A DNA stretch of 23,700 nucleotides, taken from an uncultured virus (IMG/VR IMGVR_UViG_3300014205_000203). Taxonomy: Duplodnaviria > Heunggongvirae > Uroviricota > Caudoviricetes. This document shows, in pieces, positions 1-8,287 of the stretch. The stretch lies in IMG/VR virus record IMGVR_UViG_3300014205_000203. One strand, 5' to 3'. Position 1 is the stretch's first letter; every line of letters starts with the position of its first letter. The notes under the pieces are model-generated. The model searched no databases and had not been told where the DNA came from. It saw only the letters and a list, made by a program, of their open reading frames with translations. The position numbers were made by a program, and so were the translations under genes.

Positions 1-2
1 TT

Positions 3-2840
3 TGGGGAACTTGCGACTATACAAGGGTGAATGGAAGGTTAAATATTGATTCTAAAACAAGAGGTAAGTATCATTCGCAGGAAATCTTAATTGATGTATG
101 CAATGGCGACTATGATACATTTAAAGATGGCGGTAATAAGATTCTTGTGGTTGCAGATATGGCTGCAGTTGTACAAGGTGGAGAATACAAAGCTGTAAGC
201 CGGTATGTGTATGAAACCAACATGAATGGTTATAATCAATCACCAGTTGAGTTGCTTAATGTGATTGCGGCCAATATGACCACTTCCCAAATAACAGATC
301 ACAACGGATATATGTGGGTAACAACCAGAGGCCGGGGAAGAACCTATGCGCTTGATCAGGTTTATACTTGTGTGTGGAACCAATTAAGATACGGACAGTC
401 TAATACGGCAGGAATGGTTATTGACCAGCCGATATTTACGCAAGGGGTTTTAGAAAAACCATGTAACAGAGTATTGATAAGAGGTAAGATATTATTGCAA
501 GGAACAAACATTGGTATTTCAAATGCTTTAGTAACTATTACCCGTGGTGCAAGTGCTGTAACTGATGAAAATGGGGAATTTGAAATAATCGCACACGATG
601 ATGTTTACGAGTTTTTAGGAGGTAGAGTAAGAAAAGATAAATTGATAATTACTTCTGTCTGTGCTTATGATAAACTCTGTCTGGATATACCAGTTCAATG
701 GCCCCCTTGTTCAAATTGTAATGAAAGGATTGTTACTATTGCTGAAACTGTTTTTTTAACCTATACCAATAAAAAAGGATTGCTAAGTGGTGGCGTTTAT
801 CCGCTGGGCTGTGTTGGCTTTGATTGGTTAGGCCGTGCAACATTTGTTCAGCCGTTGGGAATGATTACCATTCCTACCATTACTGAAACAAAAAACATTG
901 CTCCATCTACGGTTCAAATAAATATTGACCCTGCAGCAACATTCCCGGCAGATATAGAATACATCACCTTCTGGATAGGGCCGGAAACCACTTTACAAAA
1001 ATATCTTAGCTGGATTGCAGATAAGGTTGAATTTATAGATGCCCAGGGATTAGTAAATAATACCTCCCCAACACAGATAAGAATTTACTACGGCTCTATA
1101 CTTGAATTTAACAAGTTAAACAACTTCAATACAACAACTGCGTGGGATTTTATACCAGAAGGACAAACAAAACCTGTATTGAATGACCGGGTTAGATTTT
1201 ACATCAACGGGGATGGTAAATTTTTCAATAAAGCTAATTCCAATCTTGTAAAGTATGATGATACCGGAAAAGCTTTTACAATCGATTATAGCGCCGACCT
1301 GAAAGATCTTAAAGAAAATGCTTTGCTTAGATTGGAAAGGTTGAAAAATTGTACTGGCAATGAAAAATACCGTGAAGTATGTGGAAGCAAAGTTGAAATA
1401 AGAAACGGTAAGGCCCTTACAAATCAGTTCATCTTAAATGCTTACGATACCTACTATGTAAACCGGGCCATGCCGGTTCCTGCGCCTGTAATTCAAGCGC
1501 CAACAACCGCAGCCATAACAACAACCATAACAACTGGTAACACTTCTGTTGCTACCCAGCAAATCCCTGTTGCTACACCTACCGTTTTACAGCTACGTAC
1601 ATTCGGATTTAAGTTTGAGCATTTTGCACCTTCCAATTTTTGGGGTAGTGGATGCTTGATTGGACGGGAGCATAGCAAGAATCCATACGAAGCGGAATTG
1701 ATAGAGCCATATCAGGTAATGAGAAGTGGTGCTTTGTCTGTCAACGGCCAGCTTAACTACCTGTGCTACTTTGATGATCGGAAGAAACTGAATTTTGAAA
1801 TCCCGGAATGTGGAGGCATCACAAGTGTAGTGCAGAAAATAGGAATCGTTGCCGCCATCTGCAGAACTAAAATATTTACCGTAGGTTTTAATGATAACCT
1901 GGGCAGAGTAAATAAAGATGGAACATTTCAGGCAGGTAGTATAGATAATGAATTTGGTAAGCCACAACCGATCGGGGATTATGGCTGCGACCATAAGGAT
2001 AAAATGTCTATCCAATTTAAAGATGGCCTTGTTATGTGGGTGGACAGGAACAAAGCGGAAGCGGTGCAATCTGACTTTGCACAAATAAAATCATTCACAA
2101 AGGATAAGTGCAATGGATGGTTTAAAGCAAAAGTGAAGCAGGTACTTTCTGATGCATTGGCATATTTTACAGGCTCTATCACTCCGGCCAATGAATACCT
2201 GGTTACAAACCAAACTTTAGCCGAGGATGAAATGAGTTACATTAACACGGAACGGACCTATGCACCATTAATACCGGAAACCGTTACTTTCCATATTGGC
2301 ACCAGAGAACTTATACAATGGTTTGCCTTTACGTATGAAAATTATGCATGGCTGGATGGTGATATTTTGAACAATCAGATGTTCTCATTTATGAAAGGTA
2401 TTCCGTATTCACATTATAACGGTAAAACAACCGGCAGCTTCAATGTGTTCCACGGGGTAAAAACTGAAAAGGTACTTGATATTATTTTCCGTGGGGAAGA
2501 CCCTTCTAAAAAGAAAATGTTTTATGCAATATGGAACTGGTGCGAAAATCAACTATTCTTTTCAGATAAAATAACAACCGAAGCAAAGCAGTTAAGCCGC
2601 ATATTGCTTGACCACTGGGTTAAAGGAGCATATATGTCCTCCGGCGTTGTTTTAATGGATTTAAACACGATTCCTGACCCTAATATGCCAACTGAAACGG
2701 GGCCAAATGTTTTGATGGATGGTGATAGACTTTATGGAAACTGGCTACGGATTAGGCTTGTTGGAGATCCTTCTAAAAATTCAGACTATTGTGAAATTTT
2801 GGGTATTGAAGTTATTTCTTCTCCGTTTGAAAAATCGTAG
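3..2840 (+). CDS. Large phage virion structural protein, stabilization/tail-nozzle-like (5' partial)
   Basis: The frame is open from the window edge (no stop in 3-26), so the GTG at 27 is probably not the real start; >937 aa. The beta-rich C-terminal half ends in 'MDGDRLYGNWLRIRL', which resembles P22 gp10-like/crAss-like stabilization proteins. It contains an Ig-like segment and a Pro/Thr-rich insert. Confidence 0.6.
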   Translation, partial: WGTCDYTRVNGRLNIDSKTRGKYHSQEILIDVCNGDYDTFKDGGNKILVVADMAAVVQGGEYKAVSRYVYETNMNGYNQSPVELLNVIAANMTTSQITDHNGYMWVTTRGRGRTYALDQVYTCVWNQLRYGQSNTAGMVIDQPIFTQGVLEKPCNRVLIRGKILLQGTNIGISNALVTITRGASAVTDENGEFEIIAHDDVYEFLGGRVRKDKLIITSVCAYDKLCLDIPVQWPPCSNCNERIVTIAETVFLTYTNKKGLLSGGVYPLGCVGFDWLGRATFVQPLGMITIPTITETKNIAPSTVQINIDPAATFPADIEYITFWIGPETTLQKYLSWIADKVEFIDAQGLVNNTSPTQIRIYYGSILEFNKLNNFNTTTAWDFIPEGQTKPVLNDRVRFYINGDGKFFNKANSNLVKYDDTGKAFTIDYSADLKDLKENALLRLERLKNCTGNEKYREVCGSKVEIRNGKALTNQFILNAYDTYYVNRAMPVPAPVIQAPTTAAITTTITTGNTSVATQQIPVATPTVLQLRTFGFKFEHFAPSNFWGSGCLIGREHSKNPYEAELIEPYQVMRSGALSVNGQLNYLCYFDDRKKLNFEIPECGGITSVVQKIGIVAAICRTKIFTVGFNDNLGRVNKDGTFQAGSIDNEFGKPQPIGDYGCDHKDKMSIQFKDGLVMWVDRNKAEAVQSDFAQIKSFTKDKCNGWFKAKVKQVLSDALAYFTGSITPANEYLVTNQTLAEDEMSYINTERTYAPLIPETVTFHIGTRELIQWFAFTYENYAWLDGDILNNQMFSFMKGIPYSHYNGKTTGSFNVFHGVKTEKVLDIIFRGEDPSKKKMFYAIWNWCENQLFFSDKITTEAKQLSRILLDHWVKGAYMSSGVVLMDLNTIPDPNMPTETGPNVLMDGDRLYGNWLRIRLVGDPSKNSDYCEILGIEVISSPFEKS

Positions 2841-2862
2841 TACTACATTCTTATTTTTAAAA

Positions 2863-2919
2863 TACTGCCAGTTATCCGCTATCGAAGGTTGATAGAAGAT
2901 AACTGGCGGTAATATTTTT
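2863..2919. terminator. Long hairpin, probable bidirectional intrinsic terminator between convergent modules
   Basis: TACTGCCAGTTATC (2863-2876) pairs with GATAACTGGCGGTA (2898-2911), with an inner CTATC/GATAG stem. It has A/T-rich flanks and lies between convergent stops at 2840 and 2954. Confidence 0.75.
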
Positions 2920-2953
2920 AGAGTATATCCTATATTTTCAACTCCTGCCATAA

Positions 2954-3373
2954 TCAAGATTTTTCAACTATTACCATATTCATACGGGCAAACGTTTCCC
3001 TTAAAAAGCCCATACCAACATTAGTACCTAACCACTGAATAACGGTAGCTACAATCCACCTGTCCCGGTTATTGATATCAGTTATCCATTTTCTTTGTTG
3101 AAGTTCCCCTGTACGTTCAATAAACAAATCTTGCAGGATGCCATTACCATTATTAATATATCCTTTAGGTTTATTTTCTTCCATCCATTGTTCATAAAAC
3201 GCTTTTTCCAACGGATTGTATTCAACTCGTTCATGCCTATACCCCTTATTATTCTCCCAGGCATCTTGCTGAACAGCAACACTTATAAGATCTTCTATTT
3301 CTGAATTAGAAAGACTTATATCATTGTTATCAAGAAAAATTTTAACCTTGTTGTAATTTTCAGTATTATCCAT
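2954..3373 (-). CDS. Hypothetical phage protein
   Basis: ORF track gives 2954..3454. ATG at 3373 (MDNTENY) is preferred because it overlaps the stop of the upstream gene. Confidence 0.75.
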   Translation of the reverse strand: MDNTENYNKVKIFLDNNDISLSNSEIEDLISVAVQQDAWENNKGYRHERVEYNPLEKAFYEQWMEENKPKGYINNGNGILQDLFIERTGELQQRKWITDINNRDRWIVATVIQWLGTNVGMGFLRETFARMNMVIVEKS

Positions 3374-3665
3374 TGTTTTGGTTTTTAAATATTTCATGTA
3401 CTTTTTCCCACTCCAACACATTGTCCGGCACATCTGTAAATCTATAGTATGCAAACCCAGGTTCTATTTTTGTTCCCGTAGGATTTATAACAATTTCTTT
3501 ATTCTGTATCTCGTTAAGAAGAATATGATAAATGTCTTTTGCAATGTAAACAGAACGAATTGTGTACTCTTTATTCAACTCGGGTAATATTATGCCGGAA
3601 GCATCAAACCAAATCTGTGTTGGCTCTGTGTATTCATCATTGATGTATGTTACCCGTAAACTCAT
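3366..3665 (-). CDS. Hypothetical phage protein
   Basis: 99-aa ORF with an ATGA overlap to the upstream small gene. Confidence 0.75.
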   Translation of the reverse strand: MSLRVTYINDEYTEPTQIWFDASGIILPELNKEYTIRSVYIAKDIYHILLNEIQNKEIVINPTGTKIEPGFAYYRFTDVPDNVLEWEKVHEIFKNQNNG

Positions 3666-3814
3666 TTGATCAGTTTTTGCAGTTGCTTAATTTTGGTATC
3701 AATCTCTGACTTCTCCCACAATGGTTTTATGTAAGGATTGGGTAATTTCCAAACCTCTTTTTTCCTTTGCTCATAACGTACAATAAGGTCTTGTATGACT
3801 TCTTTTTCTGTCAT
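3662..3814 (-). CDS. Small hypothetical protein (50 aa, not in the ORF track)
   Basis: Manual translation MTEKEVIQDLIVRYEQRKKEVWKLPNPYIKPLWEKSEIDTKIKQLQKLIK*. It fills the gap exactly, with ATGA overlaps at both ends. Confidence 0.8.
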   Translation of the reverse strand: MTEKEVIQDLIVRYEQRKKEVWKLPNPYIKPLWEKSEIDTKIKQLQKLIK

Positions 3815-4158
3815 TCATTCAGCTTGTTTGACTTTATAAAACTTACTTCCTGCAATTCATTTTTAGAATAATCTATCATCTTTTTTTCTACTGCTGGCCA
3901 GCCATATATTTTTGATATTCGCTTCATAAAAGGATAATGTTTTCCGCACATGAAATAATTGTATTCAATGTTTAGCCAACCTTCCCCTTTTTTGGGCCAG
4001 TAATATTCAGGATGGATGCCATAATCACGAACCTTAGTTCCGTTGTTACATCCTTTGCAGCCACAAATCCATTTTTTCAATGTATAATCTACATTGTCCA
4101 ATTCTTCCCGGCTCATGGCCTTTAATTCGTTGATCGCTTCCTGTTCTTCCGCATCCAT
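3811..4158 (-). CDS. Hypothetical protein, possible zinc-binding
   Basis: 115 aa with CGCKGC...CGKH; contiguous in the operon. Confidence 0.7.
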   Translation of the reverse strand: MDAEEQEAINELKAMSREELDNVDYTLKKWICGCKGCNNGTKVRDYGIHPEYYWPKKGEGWLNIEYNYFMCGKHYPFMKRISKIYGWPAVEKKMIDYSKNELQEVSFIKSNKLNE

Positions 4159-4160
4159 GA

Positions 4161-4781
4161 CTATACCTTTTTGTATTCATACTTCCCTTTGATGTTGGCA
4201 GCAAAGTATGAGCCCACAGATTCAGCATTTTTCAATGCTTCAAATTCTGACTTTGGCACTTTGTCGTAGTCATACACAGTGCCAGTTTTAAACCAAACCC
4301 TTAATGTGCCAGAAGAAAGATCTTCGGCTGCAGTTTGATCTTCTTTAAAACCGATGGCTTCAATATTTGAAGACACAACGGCTAATTTTTCAATTTCTAT
4401 CATAGTGTTATTTTTAGCGTAAGGAAATACCCAGTTAAACAGTTTCAGAAAGACTTCCTCCATCCTTTTTTCCTTTTCTTTTTGAAAATACAATACTAAG
4501 GTTTTAGGAAATCCATTTATTTCCATCTGAACTTCCCAGTAATCTTGCACATCATCCCAATATTTTTCTACAGTAACAAAATTTTCTCTTTTCAAACAAA
4601 GTTCAAAATCACGATACTTGTCAATCCATCCCTGGGCTAAATCATCTCTGTCTTTTGGAACTTCACAATCATACTTTGAAAGGTAACGTAGGTATGTATC
4701 ATGTAATTCTACATAGGCTTCAGTAGTTTCAATTTTCCTTTCAAATTCCAGATCGAAGTGTACTATTTCTATTCTTTCCAT
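4161..4781 (-). CDS. KTSC domain-containing protein (unknown N-terminal domain + C-terminal KTSC)
   Basis: The C-terminus 'SSNIEAIGF...TLRVWFKTGTVYDYDKVPKSEFEALKNAESVGSYFAANIK' matches the KTSC pattern. Confidence 0.85.
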   Translation of the reverse strand: MERIEIVHFDLEFERKIETTEAYVELHDTYLRYLSKYDCEVPKDRDDLAQGWIDKYRDFELCLKRENFVTVEKYWDDVQDYWEVQMEINGFPKTLVLYFQKEKEKRMEEVFLKLFNWVFPYAKNNTMIEIEKLAVVSSNIEAIGFKEDQTAAEDLSSGTLRVWFKTGTVYDYDKVPKSEFEALKNAESVGSYFAANIKGKYEYKKV

Positions 4782-4972
4782 TAGATCAATTTTTCAAGTA
4801 TCTTTTTCTTTGGGTCAACGTAACTGTGGTTACTTTTAAAATCAGTTTTATATACCCATTCCGTACAACCATTACCAAAATGGACTTTTACGGCGGTACT
4901 TGTTACCGCTATTATTTTCATCGTACAAACACCAGTGCTGGTTTTTACTATGTAGGTTTCGTCTTTTTCCAT
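4781..4972 (-). CDS. Small hypothetical protein
   Basis: 63 aa with 1-nt TAATG overlaps at both ends. Confidence 0.75.
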   Translation of the reverse strand: MEKDETYIVKTSTGVCTMKIIAVTSTAVKVHFGNGCTEWVYKTDFKSNHSYVDPKKKILEKLI

Positions 4973-5700
4973 TAAGAATTATAAAGGGTTGTAAGGCTTT
5001 GTATATATTCTTCGGGGCTACCAGCTTTTTTAAATTGTTCAGGGTTGCTATTGTTGAACTTTTCTACAAGTTGGGTAAAATTTAATTTATCTTCTTTTAA
5101 AATCACATCAACAGCTATAATGAAACTCCGGCCATTGTGCCCGGGGAATCGTTTAAAGTTTTCAATGATCTCCCAAAACATATTTGCCCGTCCTTCATAC
5201 TTGACTTCAAATTTTCCAGACTGATACTTTTTGTTATTGTTACCACCGATTCCACCAGTTAAAACCTCTCCTGTAGCTAAAAGGAGTAAGCCTGTTGAAA
5301 AAGGAAACTTTGTTTTATTTAAAAAATCATTCAGGATGATATAATTTTCATTACCAGATTTTACATACAGGTTCATATAATCTGCGGCCTTCCAATGACT
5401 AATATTCGAATTTGCTTTTGCAATCTGTAATAAAGTAAATTCTTCGGCTATTATGTACCATACATTGCTTCCGGTTTCAATAGAGGCAGCAATCCGATGC
5501 TGGCCGTCAATTATGAAAAGTTTATTTTCTTTTTCGATAACCAATATCGGATAGTATCGCAAAAGATCTGTTTCATGTAAAATATCCGCTACAATACTGT
5601 TTACTTTTGCTTGTCCAACATTTCTATTACCAAGAACGCTGGTAAACCTTCTATAGTCTTTGGTATAATAAACTTTTACCGATGATTCTACGTGATTCAT
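4972..5700 (-). CDS. ParB/Srx N-terminal domain-containing protein
   Basis: 'GNRNV...PILVIEKENKLFIIDGQHRIAA' is the ParB/Srx DGxHR motif. Confidence 0.85.
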   Translation of the reverse strand: MNHVESSVKVYYTKDYRRFTSVLGNRNVGQAKVNSIVADILHETDLLRYYPILVIEKENKLFIIDGQHRIAASIETGSNVWYIIAEEFTLLQIAKANSNISHWKAADYMNLYVKSGNENYIILNDFLNKTKFPFSTGLLLLATGEVLTGGIGGNNNKKYQSGKFEVKYEGRANMFWEIIENFKRFPGHNGRSFIIAVDVILKEDKLNFTQLVEKFNNSNPEQFKKAGSPEEYIQSLTTLYNS

Positions 5701-6128
5701 TTTTTATTCCAAATTGTCTTGTGATTAATAAATATTTTCCAGTACAAATTCAAAACTCTTTGCCTCCTTGTTTCACCTTCTATTTTACTTCCCATATCAA
5801 TTGGGTCTTTCCCTGGCCTATGATAACCATTATCAATTTCAAAATAAAAAAACCTGTATAGCCACCAGCAAGAATAACTTTTAGAGTAATCGGTATTCCA
5901 AAACCATAAATTAAAAAGACTGGAAAATAAGATTTGTACAATCTTACTGATTTCATACCTGGGCGATTTTGTAACAAGATTCCAATACTTGTTTTCTTTT
6001 TTCACTTCCCACCATGAAAGAAATATGATATACAATGGCCCTAAGCATCCAACTAAAAATAAGAAAACAGGATTAATAATAATCGGATAGTTTATGTATT
6101 TTAAAAGGTCAAATCTTTTTATTTTCAT
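5697..6128 (-). CDS. Hypothetical membrane-associated protein
   Basis: Hydrophobic segment 'PIIINPVFLFLVGCLGPLYIIFLSWW'. ATG at 6128 is preferred over TTG at 6134, and there is an ATGA overlap with the next gene. Confidence 0.65.
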   Translation of the reverse strand: MKIKRFDLLKYINYPIIINPVFLFLVGCLGPLYIIFLSWWEVKKENKYWNLVTKSPRYEISKIVQILFSSLFNLWFWNTDYSKSYSCWWLYRFFYFEIDNGYHRPGKDPIDMGSKIEGETRRQRVLNLYWKIFINHKTIWNKK

Positions 6129-6148
6129 AACCAAAATTTTAATTTTTA

Positions 6149-6190
6149 AGCAAGGGCACCAGTTTCATCTTCGGGCTGGTGCCCATTGCT
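6149..6190. other. GC-rich stem-loop (terminator, processing site or part of an ncRNA)
   Basis: AGCAA-GGGCACCAG (6149-6162) pairs with CTGGTGCCC-A-TTGCT (6176-6190), within a ~195-nt intergenic gap. Confidence 0.65.
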
Positions 6191-6324
6191 GCATCTTGAA
6201 ATTGTAGCTAATGTACTTGTTTGAGCCGCTCTTACGTTGCCCGGTAGTCAAACTTTAGTAAAAAGAATCCCAGGGGCCGATCACTTTCACATTGCTACTG
6301 TTTATACCTGTTGTCTGTAGTGTT

Positions 6325-7761
6325 CTAACGGATTTTGTTTTGCTTTTTGTTTGTATGAATCCACTGCCTTACTTCTGCTGCATCAGTTTGTAACCACTTC
6401 ACATAATTGGCTAAGTCCAATTTGGTTTGATCGGGACAATCCAACTTATTTACAACGGCCTCTATTTTATCGGCTAATTTAATGATGTTTTGAATTTGGG
6501 CAATTTCTGGCCGGTCCATATCCCACTTATCCTTTTCCTTTTCAGCAACCGGCTCTGTGATCACAGAAGCGGCTATTGGAGCCATACCCACTTTATACAG
6601 GAAGATAGAATCTATTACGCCGGTATCAATGATCTGCTTTGCAATTTCTTCGGTAAGGATGGTATTTTTTGTTACCAGAACTTCTTCCATATCCTTAGTT
6701 TCCGGTTCTCCCTGTCCATCGTTTACCTCTGTGGTCCATTCTTTAACCACATCTGCAGAAAGTTTTTTACCGATATGCTCAATAAGCGTTTCTTCCCGCA
6801 CTTTTACTTCATCAGAAACTTCCAATAGTTCTGCCAGTTCCTTTTCAGCCTGTACACTGGAATACATTTCTTCAATTTGTTCTTTATGTGGCTCGTCATT
6901 AGCGGAATCATCACCATAATATTCAGCCATACGGGACACTCTTTCCCCAGGTAATAAACTACTCCACCATAATTCGCCATCAGTAGGTTTTTCCAATTCT
7001 TCCAGTTCTTTCTTTTCATCGGCCAGACTATCCTTTGGAAATGCAGTAGGCGGCGCTGTGTTTTTATGGCTATCTTCCTCTACTTTATCAGTCTGTTTTT
7101 TTAATATGGCTTGTTCTTTAACCAGAGCCAGACAGTCTTTTAAATTAAGATCCTTTTCAACCATTGTATTTTTCAAAGCATCGTCAGCTTCGGCAATTTT
7201 TATCAGGTTATCAATGGTCTGTCTGGAAATATGAAGCAACCTGCCTACTTCTTCATGGCTCAATGGATTTTCACTGTATAGGTTTTTTACATTCCATGCC
7301 ACTTTAGCTTTTTCGTAAACTTTCAAATCTTTTTTTAAGTTCACATTGGAAGTGATCTGGCGAACCATCCTGTCAAGTTCTGTTACACTTGCTTTATTGG
7401 GATAAAATTCGACCAGGTACTCTTTATCAATTTTTTCCTGTGAACAAAGTAGCATCAATGCTTTAAATCGTCTGTGCCCTTCATCAATAAACCCTATACC
7501 ATCATCCATTATATCCAATACCATAGGTTCATCCAGCCCACGTAAAAATATATCTTCTGCAAGTTCCTCAATACCTTCATAAACGATACGGGAATTAAAA
7601 CCATCCCGTTCATGTATTTTGCTTAAAGGCATTTTAAAACTGGCCCGTGGGGTTTGGGTAAATGTTTCTTTGTTCTTACGCAGAAATTCCCGGTTTGCTA
7701 CTTTAGTAATTTCAGCGTATGGAAGCTGCAGTTGTTGTGTTGGTGTGGTGGTGTCTGACAT
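6325..7761 (-). CDS. ParB/Spo0J-like protein (ParB-N + HTH + long acidic C-terminal region)
   Basis: 'FNSR...IEELAEDIFLRGLDEPM...IDEGHRRFKAL' (ParB GxRR motif) followed by the HTH 'LSHEEVGRLLHISRQTIDNLIKI'. Confidence 0.85.
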   Translation of the reverse strand: MSDTTTPTQQLQLPYAEITKVANREFLRKNKETFTQTPRASFKMPLSKIHERDGFNSRIVYEGIEELAEDIFLRGLDEPMVLDIMDDGIGFIDEGHRRFKALMLLCSQEKIDKEYLVEFYPNKASVTELDRMVRQITSNVNLKKDLKVYEKAKVAWNVKNLYSENPLSHEEVGRLLHISRQTIDNLIKIAEADDALKNTMVEKDLNLKDCLALVKEQAILKKQTDKVEEDSHKNTAPPTAFPKDSLADEKKELEELEKPTDGELWWSSLLPGERVSRMAEYYGDDSANDEPHKEQIEEMYSSVQAEKELAELLEVSDEVKVREETLIEHIGKKLSADVVKEWTTEVNDGQGEPETKDMEEVLVTKNTILTEEIAKQIIDTGVIDSIFLYKVGMAPIAASVITEPVAEKEKDKWDMDRPEIAQIQNIIKLADKIEAVVNKLDCPDQTKLDLANYVKWLQTDAAEVRQWIHTNKKQNKIR

Positions 7762-7771
7762 GATAATTGTT

Positions 7772-8284
7772 TTAGTATTTAAGTAATTCTGGTGAATTTA
7801 ATTTTCCTTTATAACTCATTGCTCTTGGATGAAAAGGCGAACCATCAGCATTTTTTCCGAAGCACTTTGCATTTGGAAACATTTCTATCAATTCTTTATC
7901 CCGTCCGGTTTCTTTTACGATTTTAAAAGTCCCCCAGGCAAATATTACTTCCTGACATTTAGCCTTAGTTACAGTAAGCATATTGTTGTTCCAATCACAA
8001 ATAAGTTCGTTAAATCTGTGGTCCCGTAGTTTTTCAGGGTCAGTAGAAATATATGCCCAGCAATTCATCATGTAAAAACCACCATACCCCAAATGAGTAA
8101 GCATAATTATCAACACATTGATAGTATTGTCGTTCTTATCCGCATTGGCTGTGGATGGATTTAAACCGATAACCATAACCAATGGTTTAGTTTCATCCCA
8201 AATACGCCATAGCGAATAACGGTACTGCTTATCTTCTGAAAAGGTAGCACCACGGGTTTCTTTATCGAATAAATCTTTTGCCAT
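7772..8284 (-). CDS. DUF1643 family protein
   Basis: 'ATFSEDKQYRYSLWRIWD...VIGLNPSTA...D.TI...VIFAWG...G.P.HP' signature. Confidence 0.9.
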   Translation of the reverse strand: MAKDLFDKETRGATFSEDKQYRYSLWRIWDETKPLVMVIGLNPSTANADKNDNTINVLIIMLTHLGYGGFYMMNCWAYISTDPEKLRDHRFNELICDWNNNMLTVTKAKCQEVIFAWGTFKIVKETGRDKELIEMFPNAKCFGKNADGSPFHPRAMSYKGKLNSPELLKY

Positions 8285-8287
8285 TTT

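Noticed and set aside
1493..2191. Minus-strand ORFs inside the structural gene
   Set aside because: Antisense shadows of a long coding gene, with no recognisable motifs.
2837..2846. GTAGTACTAC palindrome at the stop of the structural gene
   Set aside because: A single 10-bp palindrome is expected by chance in a window this size.
6149..6253. Possible hammerhead ribozyme (GATGAAAC-like sequence on the - strand)
   Set aside because: No CUGAnGA core with correctly arranged stems was found.
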